A DNA stretch of 64,000 nucleotides from Lingula anatina. Taxonomy: Eukaryota > Animalia > Brachiopoda. The stretch lies in the NCBI GenBank assembly GCA_051362555.1, contig JBPQGU010000016.1, forward strand, positions 310,001 to 374,000, in the 5' to 3' direction. The notes beneath the pieces were generated by a model, which did no database searches, was not told the DNA's origin, and saw only the letters and a list, made by a program, of their open reading frames with translations. This document shows positions 53,838 through 64,000 of the stretch, piece after piece. The translations under genes were made by a program, and so were the position numbers. Numbering within the stretch: position 1 is the stretch's first letter; each line of letters opens with the position of its first letter.

Positions 53838-55717
53838 CTGTAAGAGAAACTTACACTCACAAAGTTTACACCAAATTTACAACATTTACAAAGGAAAATA
53901 ACCAATTTTGTATAAGTAAGATTAGTGTACTAGTACTATTTGTGTTTCAGATTCATGCTGCACAACCTGGTCAGTGCTAGGCCCTGTCTAGAATTGGTGT
54001 CTACATTGTCATAGAAGGTGGCCATTTGTGCATACTGACCTAAACTCAATGAGTGGCAATGATGGTAATCCATTTGCCCCTTGGAAACTTTGCCACAGTA
54101 ATGTCAATATCAAGAGAACCATGGCATATGCCCACTTGTTATCTGAAATATAAAACTTAAAAATGTTGAACATTTCAAAATAAAATTTGCATCACAAATT
54201 CTAGCTATAAATGCTAATTATAAGAAAGCGCAATCCTCTAAAAACTTCATTCATGGATTTTAATACATATAGGCAATAATAACAATACAGCAGTTTGTAC
54301 CAGTATATGTTGTTCTGAATCGACTGCACCTTCATGGTTATTTCCAACTATTTAATTGACTATTAAGTCAATCTGTTGAAGACGTATTTTGTGTTTTAGT
54401 CATTACATTTCTATACTACCTTGTATTGTTACTCCCATGCACCAACCCTCCCCCCCAGGGACAGATCCAGAGTTATTTTCTGACTGTCTTCCGAATTGTC
54501 TTTGTTGATCCATCCTCTATTTTTGACCGTCCTTTGACAGAAAAAAATAGATACCCGTCAATGTAAACTTGAAAATCTGACCGTCTTCTGGAAGACCCAG
54601 AAGACATCCTAAATCCGCCCCTGCCCCCCCCCCTCCTTAGTTATGTGTATAGTCTTTGAAAATCATAAAGAAGAACTGTTGTAAAAGCTGTACATGTTTT
54701 TTGAAGTTCCATATGGTTCAGTGATTGTTTCCTTATTTCTCAAGGCATTTATAATAATATGTCACTTTTAGTTCCAAGAAAAGAGCACTTTTGAAAACAT
54801 TGTATTACAGAGAAGTTTTATTATCAGATCATTTGCTGTGAATGTTCTATGCTGAGCGCGTGTGTGTATGTGTGTGTGTGTGTGTGGGGAGGGGGGTATT
54901 GATGTTGAGAGTAATGAAGCCAGGGGATATATCATAGCTGGGGACAATCAGTGCGGGTTCAACGGAAAATATTAGTGGATAATTATGAAATTTTAGAAAA
55001 TTTTCTTTACTTGTAGACAGTAACAATATACCCAATACCCAATTTGACATTTCCAAATTAAACTGAATAAAACTAAACTTGTTACTGTGCTCACATATTT
55101 TGAAATTCCAATATTGTAAATGCAACATAAATATTTGATAATCAATGCAATGTATGTAAATAAATTAGTAAAGTAAATGCATAACACTTGAAACTTAATT
55201 TGCTCCTCATGCTTGTACTAGTAAGCATGTAATCTCAAGGGCTGTTCTCTATATATTTAATATATTAATAATGGCATAAAAACATTAAATATTGTCAGTG
55301 CAGCAGGACATTAACCTGTTACACTTAACCAAGTCCTCGTAATTTTAAACAATGCCAATTACTAATATTTACTAATTTTTGTTATTAGCAACGTGCAAAG
55401 AAAGAAGAAATCACTTTAAAAATTACAGAGCATTAAGATTTGTTAATTATAACAAGGACCATGTGGTATTCTCAGAACAAAGACCGATTTCAATCTTTTT
55501 GATAAGAAATATACCAGTAAAATTAAACTAGAAAAGAAAATACATGTATGCTTACCTTGGTTGCTTAGAATCGTTGTCTATCTGGCTTTTGTAGAGATTC
55601 AAGATGGTTTGTTAAAATTGGACGGTTGAAATTGATTTTTGAACTTTACAAATGATTTACGTGTGGAAATACAATGCATAACATGCAGTTGTATGTCCGA
55701 GAGTTTTTCTCTGTGCG

Positions 55718-55954
55718 CTTTCGTTCTGTGGGTTTTCGCGGCTTTTCCAAGACGTCCGCGCCGATAGCGCCACCTATTTCCGTTGTGTCGAGAAGTTAAT
55801 TGTGTTGTGTTGCGACTTTCTTTGGTGTCGAGAAGTTAATGTGTTGTGTCGCGATTTTCTTTGGTGTTGTGTCGAGAAGTTAATGTGTTGTGTTGCGATT
55901 GTGTTGTGTGTCGAGTGTTTTTGTTGTGTGTTGTGGCACTTGTACGCTTCCGTA
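55718..55954 (-). repeat. Right terminal inverted repeat (237 bp)
   Basis: Reverse complement of 37580-37816. Confidence 0.97.
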
Positions 55955-57582
55955 GCCTCCGGTCGAATACAAGCCTTTACGGACCAACCAAAATTAAATG
56001 CCCGTGTCTGGTGCGGGTGCTCTATTTTCGTGGTTCTCTTACATAATTGCGCGGTGCTTCGTTAATCTGGCAACAAATGTTCGCTACAGATGAGATGCAA
56101 ATAAAACGGTATAATGATCGACGCGAAAATGCCTTTAATCTGTTTTGATGCTTTCCATGTACGCTTATGTACTATAATGTATAGGATTCGAAATTATCAA
56201 CATCGGATTACTTAAAATAACCATCCAAAGATCATGTACATTACGGCGCGTACACACAATTCCTTAGATTTGTGGTTTTTAATGAACTTAAATAAAGATG
56301 CTGCGATAAAGACCATTCAACTTAATAAGATATATATATAGGGCGAAAAAGAAATTGAGACGTCCCTGGAGTCGAGACAAAATCTATGATAAAGAATCCC
56401 GATTCTGTAATAACAGCTAAGTTTGTCTCTTTTAAATTAATTTGAATTGTGCTCTTTAACAAGAGAGGCAGTCAATGTGAGGGTCGGTGGGACATTTAAT
56501 GGTGGGGGTCGTGTATTTAAAATCACAGATTTCGGGCATGAAAGAAAATTTTGTGGTTTCCGAGGTCAGTTTGTAAGATCAAAATTCAGGCCAGGGCGCT
56601 GTTCTGAATCTTTCCCTTGAAGTGGTAAATTGAAACGTGGATTTTAGCCTTTAATTTTGCCCAAGGGAGAACGGCGTTGTGTAACAGTAAACTGCACTGG
56701 TATGCATAGGCCGACTTATACTACGTAGTTATACTGGATCTCTACAATAGTCTAGATGACTGGTGCAAAAATTGCTCAAAAGGTGGAAAAAGCATGAAAC
56801 TTGGCACAAATGTTCTTTGGACTATGCTGATCATTTTCAAGGGCAGTGCCCAAAATTTCAAAGCGTTGCTTAGCAACCGTTGCTAAGGAAGTGATTTACC
56901 TTAGTAACAAGCTAATTGGACCTTTCTTGTTCAGTTTAAATGATTTAAAAAGGCTTTTAATAATGTTTCAAACCATCAGAACTATCACAATACTATTTTA
57001 AGACATTAAAAACCCAAGTAAACCATTGCAACAGTTGCTAGGCAGCATATTACCCTAGCAACAAGTATTTAACATGCTGAATTAGCCCAGAAAGTTAGTG
57101 TTAAGGTTGATTTTTTGTTGAGTTCCTCTAGACAGAGGGGAGTTCAAATGTCATTAATAATATCATTGATGTAAAAAAAAACAAAAACATTTTTACACCA
57201 TCTTTTATGGAAAATAGTTTTTTTAATTTTTTTCAATTTTTGAGTTTTGACATAATGGTTGTGATAAGATTTCACCTGGGGTTAAATTGAAATTTTCCTG
57301 AATTTCACTCAAAGAACCAGTAATGTTTGCCAAAAGGGATAAGAAGTTGCTTTTAGTATTTTTAATCCACCTTTTGTTACTACCGATTCCTGACATTTTG
57401 CCAAGAAAAACGCTCTCCACTTACTCTTATTTTCTTCATAAAGAAGTCTCTTAAGCCATGTAAAGTTTAGGGCCTTGGAAAAATTTTTATTTGCTGTACC
57501 TTTTTCCGTCCATTTTTGTAATCAGACGCCATCCTTGCTCATTTTATTTTTTATCTTTTTCCATTCCTGATAAAGTTAAATA

Positions 57583-59243
57583 CAGACTTGACATTTAATA
57601 TGGAATATTTAAGTTTCGAAGGTATACCTAGGTAAAAATACGTTCTTTTTTCAAAAAACTCCGATTTCATATAAGATTTGTGAATGTAAAAGTATGCAGT
57701 CATTTGTGTCACTACCAATTAACTGACTTTCATGCATGTTGCGCTGCTACACTATGTAATTTGCAGTGATTTAATTGGGTAGTGTTCCTTTGGGCTGATC
57801 AAAGCTTGGCTTAGGCAAAGCTTGGTTCTGTCAAAAAAGTATCCATATTTCAGCAACTACTGCATAGAAAAATTTGAAATTTTGCATGCAAGCGGCCAGT
57901 TTTGCAGTGCGTAAGATGAGTCAAGAAGTGCATTATAAATTTGTTAATCTAAGGCAGAATGGCGCGAAAAAGACAGACATCACCAGACAGATCATAGCGC
58001 CAAACGGAACGGTCCCCACAGTTTTATAGAGTAATGCCCAGACTGATGTACCTACACAGAGGTCACCCCCAATGTATCAAAATTTTACCTACAGGGTACA
58101 GGACCCACTGTCTTTCGGGATACGCTGCTGCAACTAAACAAAAAACACTTAGTCCGTTCAGAACGAGGGGTAAATTGCCACTAAAATGCGTTTTTCAAAG
58201 CCCTTAGCGAACACCAAACTGGTTTTAGCAGGTAAGAACACCTAATGACCTCCGAGGTACCCACTGTATACAGCAAAACATCGTCGTCTGTTTCCCTAAT
58301 GAATTGGGGGCCATGAACGATTCTGGGTAGAACACTGAAACTGCGTGGGCTCTTTATTGAGGTCAGATTTCACCTGTAACGCCCAATTAGTCAAAACAGA
58401 GTTTACAGATATCCAGAAGAGGCCTACGACGAAGCATATGCCGGGTCTAAAGTGACAAGGGTGATTGACAGCGTCAGTATTTGGAGTAGATTCCACATTG
58501 GTACCAAAACACCAATGGTAGTCATCGACGAAAACCTGAACCAGATCAAATAAAGGGATAATCTCGAAACCACTTGACTATCATTTGATAGGGGGCACCT
58601 TAGGAACAATTATAGGTTGCACGATGAGGTTGCAGGTTCACACAGAGCACTTTTAATAGCAGATAACTTACAGAACCAAGGGGATGAGCAGCTACCCTGG
58701 TCATCAAAATCGCCATATTTGAACCACATAGACAATATTTCGGTAGACCATTACTCACCAATCAACTGCCTACATGTCCTACATCAAAACTGGACCAGAT
58801 TGGACAATTTCAGACCGATGCCTAGAATGCTATTCCAGATTGAACTCTAAAAACCTACCCTCAAGAAATGCCTTGCCGCTTGAGAGCGCTGGCAACAGCC
58901 ACGAAGAGGCCAGGCGTAACAACGACCATTACTGTGACTAGCAACTGACATGAGGGTCTTTTGTGGAGCGTATTACCCTTTTACAGACGATAATTTGGAA
59001 ACTATGGAGATCCAAAATATCTCTTTTAATGGGAGTCGTATGACATAGAATAGGCAATGTGTTTTTGTTTGTTTCTCTGGCGAATTCCATTAATGAACTG
59101 ATGTCACAATGACATCAAATAGATAATTTAAAGTTATTAAAACACGATTTTAATCCTTATTTTCATTTATCAGTCCGCAAAATAGGAAAAAACTGATAAA
59201 AAATTATTTCGAAAAAAATATTCCATATTAAATGTCAAGTCTG
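57583..59243 (+). mobile_element. Decayed Tc1-like element nested in the Academ-like element
   Basis: TA|CAGACTTGACATTTAATATGGAATATTT ... AAATATTCCATATTAAATGTCAAGTCTG|TA, with an internal transposase remnant. Confidence 0.88.
58470..58790 (+). pseudogene. Tc1 DD34E transposase remnant
   Basis: SVSIWSRFHIGTKTPMVVIDENLNQIK*RDNL...HDEVAGSHRA...LPWSSKSPYLNHIDNI resembles the Tc1 consensus SVMVWG...QDDNA.PHRA...WPS.SPDLNPIENL and has in-frame stops. Confidence 0.85.
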
Positions 59244-61822
59244 TATGATATGCATATTTTAAGTATTGAGGGAGGGGGGGGGGGGGGGCTGGTAGGAGAG
59301 TTTATACATGCCCTACGTAAGATGAGAAATACTAAAGGTTAAACCACTGTTGACTTTCCTATTATTGAAAGGTTTCTCAGAGACCAGATTTCCAAGATAT
59401 TTTTCATTTTGTTCAATATTTTCTAAAAAGTTTTTTCACATTGTATTTTGTCAGTTCAGCATGGTTCTATTTTAATTCTATTTGTTAATCAATAAAGTTC
59501 AAAAGTTTCTGTTCACACCCAAAGGCCGTTAGATGCCATATCTTACTTCCACCAAGGCTGCTCTACTATATATAAGAGTATTCTTGCGAGATGAACATAT
59601 CTGAATCAGCACTACGGTGCCATGTCATCAGATACCATGTGCTCACTCTGGTTGGACTTGTGCAGAACAGTGGGCCTAAGTGGACACATTTGCCAAAAGC
59701 TATTGACCTGTTCAGAGTTGTTCCAGTGTGCATGTAGGTGCAGATGTAGAGGCTGACAATGTGCAAGGGCAAAATGCACTGTATATTGCACATACAAGGG
59801 AGAATTAACTATTATTATTATTATTAACTATTGCAAAGTTTTATAAAGAGTCGTAAGGTGATAAAAGCATGGAAATGGCTGGTTACTAATTTTGAACATG
59901 CTGCCTTAAGTATCTGCACTGGCAATTTATTTGATCGGATGTGTGTAAACACACAATTGGTTCAACTTACTGGATTAAAAGTATGAACATCTTGCTCAAA
60001 AGTGTAGTTCTTAGCTAGTATTATAGATTTGCCTTACTTAATAGACTAACGCAACTTTAAATGCTTGTTGCTAGGGTAATATGCTGCCTAGCAATCGTGG
60101 CTAAGGTTAATTTGGGTTTTAATTGCCTTAAAATAGTCTAGTGATAGTTCTGATGCCCTGAAACATAGTTATTAGCATTTATAAACTTTTTAAACTGGAC
60201 AAGAAAGGTCTAATTAGCTTGTTACTAAGGAAATTCACTTCCATAGCAACGGTTGCTAAGCAACGCTTGGAAATTTTGGGCACTGCCCTTGAAAATGATC
60301 AGCATAGACCAAAGAACAATTGTGCCAAGTTTCATGCTTTTTCCACATTTTGAGCAATTTGGCCAAAATATAGAACCAGTCATCCAGACTACAATGTCTT
60401 TGGTCAGATCACTGGGTTTTCATGATATTCCCTTCACTGTACGCTCCTAAAGCAATACAATTGGGATGCTAAGTTGTCATCATGTAGCAAAACAACACTT
60501 GAACATTATCTGAATGATATGGGATATACAGCTTGTGAAAGCCTAGGTATAAATACCAACAAGGTATGCAGCACGTACATCTCTAAACCAGCCCCGTCAA
60601 TCAAACACACATTATGGTCAGTTGCGTCTTAGTTTAAATGCAGTCAAACAGGCAAATAGGCTTTAATTACGAAAATATTGCGCGTTTATTAATAAACTTT
60701 ATTTATTTTAGATCTGCTGATTCGAAAAAAAAATATAATCCATTTCTACTACTTGCACAAAACGCGTGACCATACCAGTCCAGTGGACATTTAGGAAATT
60801 CACGGGAATAAACGCGTCCATATGAAAATAAGAGCTTATACTAACTTGAAACGGAATAAAAAGCGCACAATCATGGCAGTGAGTGAGCACCCCCCCCCCC
60901 CCCCCCCACCAACACCACCACATGCACACAATCACCCACGAATGTAACTGTCTTGAAAACATGAGGCAGAGAACGCCATAAATATTGTAGTATTATTCTA
61001 AGCATCCTAAAGGTAGTCACGCAGCAAAACTTTTGTGTGCTTTAAAAAATCTGAGAATATATTATAGCAAATATAATACAATTTTAAATAATTGAAATGC
61101 ATTTCTTTCTAACATTCAGTTTACGTACGTTTTTTGGTAGCCTCTCAAAGTTTTAAACCTCAAATATTGGAGACCATAATAGAGTCAGCCAAGGACACGT
61201 TCAGGGAACACGTTTGAACTCGTAATGATGGACATTTACAGGTGTAGGTCCAGTATAGAGCTTCTTGTAAACAGTTTAGAACCAAGGGACCGAACTTGAT
61301 TTGAGGACCAGAAGAGAGGCTTTACATGCGTCAACGTATAGATAATCGCGACTGTATTTTGTCGAAATATCAAATTGAATAACCCTGAGTTTGACCCTTT
61401 AAACCAATCAAAGCAATGGAAAGGAAAGGGGGTGACCCTCGATTTGTGCAGATTTAGACAATTTCGACGACTTGGAGTCCACGATGGTAAATGTAGGCCC
61501 TACATAATAATGGTAAATAAGAATGAATGATGAAATGATAAGAAAGAAAGTAAAACGTTCACTATTATTTTATTTGTAAATGCTTTGGGTTTTAAGATTT
61601 GAAACAACTCTGTTGAATAGCTATATACATGTAAAGTAACATAGCTAGCTGTTATTGCTATGATTAACATATCATTATCAGTTAATTGATTCTAGCATTA
61701 AATTTTCACAAAATAATTTAAGGCTTCACACTACGGGATATACAAAGAAATGTAATGATTGGATTTTACTGGTAAAATAGTTGCAATTATAGTTACAGAG
61801 TGGGCCTTTCTCAACAATGCAT

Positions 61823-63766
61823 TGCATAAAAATACGGTATATATTAGAAAGTTTACATCTGCGTCGACAATTCTATTTCTTATTTACTGAAAATTTCCAT
61901 GGCTGTAATCGCACCAGTAATTAAACACTTGAATGTATTTTTTTTATTCTCTCCTCTTATGGTCTCGCTAAAATTAAAACCCTCCTGTTGTGAACCGCAT
62001 CTAATCCCAATGTACTCTTTAATATCATGGGTAAAGCCAAAACCAATCTTAGTATAAAACCAACTCCGAGCTCCGAGTCGGGTTGTCAAACACGACTTCG
62101 TGTAACATCATGAAGTTTACCGTTCATGTCGGGGACTGGGGTTGCGTGGGCTGAAATGCGTCACCCGGATTATCGATTGCGTGACGTGGTTGAAAGTTTC
62201 CATCTGATCCATTGGAATCAACGGAGCTGTCGTGTCTGCGTGGTAACGCTTCTGGCTTACATAAGGGCAGACTCTCGGTCGCTAGTTCGAGTCACAGTAG
62301 TCATCGCCTCATTTGTTTTTTGCGATTGATTACTATAAGAGGAAACTCGCACGTACGGAGGGTGGGCGGGTCTGTCACGGAGCAGTCGGTACCGTGCATG
62401 GATACAAATGAGACATCCAAAGCGTCATCAACCATGGTAACTCAAAGTCACGGGTTCGAGTCCCGGATGAGGCACGTCAGTCCATCACTACAACGACCTT
62501 GCCCCTGAATCGGGATGTCACGAGACGGGAACGAATGAGGGATCTCGTGGGACTTAGCAAATTACCTTTTGCATAAAAAATACGGTATACTTTAGAAAGG
62601 TTACATCTGCGTCGACAATTCTATTTCCTTTTTCTTCAGTTAAAAGGCCTTATATTTGTGCCACAGATCTTGAACTTAAATTGAGCTATAACGAACTCCG
62701 TATGGCTTGCATTTCATCAAAATGTGCTATCTTCTTGGTGGGATTATCAGATAGAAAACTTTTGATTTTTTACTAAAGTTGCGTCACCTCTACTCCTTTT
62801 ATCAGGCACGAATTTTGTTTGTTTGTTTGTTTTTTTTTATGCCCTTCCTTTCCTATCTTGGGCCCTTGCTTCTCAAGACTGTTCATATGTTCATACAGTA
62901 CCCGGGGCAAGTCAGCAGTCGACATTTGAAAGAGAAAAAACTACTCAATACTTAAACTGCCGAGGTGTGAACAGCTGTGGACGTCATCGTGCTCCACAAC
63001 GTTAAAGGTGAAACCAAACGTTATCTCAATGCAAAACCAAATGAAAATAAATGCATCCGAAGTCAGCTTACTAGGAACGTACTAAGCAGGCCTATCAGTG
63101 AATACGATCCAAATTGTTTTGATCCTGTAGCTTTTCCGGTATTAAAGCACGTCATACGACCTGTTAACCACGTTCGGTAGAAAAACGATATCTCCTCGGC
63201 GGAATTATTTGCCACATTTGTTTTACTCAAAATTTCTGTGGCTGCAATCGCACCAGTAATCAAACACTTGAATGTATTTTTTTCATTCTCTCCTATTATG
63301 GTCTCGCTAAAATTAAAACCCTCCTGTTGTGAACTCCCTCCTGTTGGCGCTCTCCGTGACGTGGTTGAAAGTTTCCATCTGATCCTTTGGAATCAACGGA
63401 GCTGTCGTGGCTGCGTGGTAACGCGGCTGGCTTACATACGGGCAGACTCCCGGTCGCTTGTTCGAGTCACAGTAGTTATCGCCTCATTTCTTTTTTTTGC
63501 CAGAATTAATTTTGGAAAATTGCGATTGATTACTATAAGAGGAAACTCGCACGTACGGAGGGTGGGCGGGTCTGTCACGGAGCAGTCGGTACCGTGCATG
63601 GATACAAACGAGACATACAAAGCGCCATCAACCATGGTAACTCAAAGTCACGGGTTCGAGTCCCGGATGAGGCACGTCAGTCCATCACTACAACGACCTT
63701 GCCCCTGAATCGGGATGTCACGAGACGGGAACGAATGAGGGATCTCGTGGGACTTAGCAAATTACC
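61823..63766. repeat. Rearranged local duplication
   Basis: About 62180-62566 matches about 63355-63766; about 61881-61994 matches about 63222-63334; about 61823-61878 matches about 62571-62627. Confidence 0.9.
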
Positions 63767-63784
63767 TCCTGGAGCATATTTTGC

Positions 63785-64000
63785 AATAGGTTGATCTTGA
63801 CCTGACCTACTTTCCTAAAATTTGGTCATTTGATATAGAATTATTGTGTGACCTCACTTGTGGAAGGATTTGTATGTTAAAAATTCTAGGAGATATTGCA
63901 TTTTGAAATTTGCAAAAAATTCACTTTAAAATTCTCTGTGACCTTGAAAATTAGGTCAAGGTAAGAAAAAATTGGGTGGACCGGAATAACTTTTCATAGA
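63785..64000. repeat. Start of a (t)gaccttga-motif interspersed repeat
   Basis: Motifs tcttgacctgacct, tgaccttgaaa and aggtcaaggt; runs to the window edge; family not assignable. Confidence 0.4.

Larger units (their letters stand above)
37580..55954. mobile_element. 18.4-kb TIR DNA transposon carrying an integrase-like DDE transposase and a HECT E3 ligase gene
   Basis: Identical 237-bp inverted termini; flanks ...CTTG-GC[TACGG...CCGTA]GC-CTCC...; two convergent spliced genes inside; interrupts a host reading frame. Confidence 0.93.
56748..60391. mobile_element. Academ-like non-autonomous DNA transposon, 3.6 kb, with imperfect TIRs of about 330 bp
   Basis: CAA|TAGTCTAGATGACTGG ... CCAGTCATCCAGACTA|CAA (3-bp TSD, TAG..CTA ends); 56748-57072 is inverted against about 60057-60391. 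Superfamily assigned from the termini only. Confidence 0.8.

Noticed and set aside
37580-55954. Polinton/Maverick or LTR retroelement interpretation
   Set aside because: The size is Polinton-like, but no pPolB, ATPase, capsid or RT is visible, the genes are intron-rich, the repeats are inverted rather than direct, and there is no 6-bp TSD or AG..CT termini.
55802-56065. ORF MLCCDFLWCREV... as a paralogous gene
   Set aside because: It is the right TIR read on the + strand from a non-ATG start.
61880-63263. Possible decayed tyrosine recombinase (Crypton-like) on the - strand
   Set aside because: The resemblance is faint and the catalytic R-H-R-Y residues cannot be placed.

Overview
Animal genomic DNA with GT-AG introns; the repeat types suggest an invertebrate, probably a lophotrochozoan (inference). 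The window holds the last two coding exons of a Hey bHLH-Orange gene (+ strand, YRPW end) lying tail-to-tail with a 14-exon SOGA/MTCL-family coiled-coil gene (- strand, about 2,290 codons recoverable). The main finding is an 18,375-bp DNA transposon (37580-55954) that cuts off the SOGA reading frame at its 5' end. It has perfect 237-bp terminal inverted repeats (TACGGAAG...CTTCCGTA) and either a 2-bp GC target duplication or none. It carries two convergent, intron-containing genes: an integrase-like (rve/IS3/IS481-type) DDE transposase on the - strand and an apparently intact 660-aa zinc-ribbon/HECT E3 ubiquitin ligase on the + strand. The rest of the window contains several MITE families, an Academ-like element with a nested decayed Tc1, a minisatellite that multiplies a splice donor, and local duplications. 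All gene models were assembled by eye from splice signals and reading phase; no database search was run.
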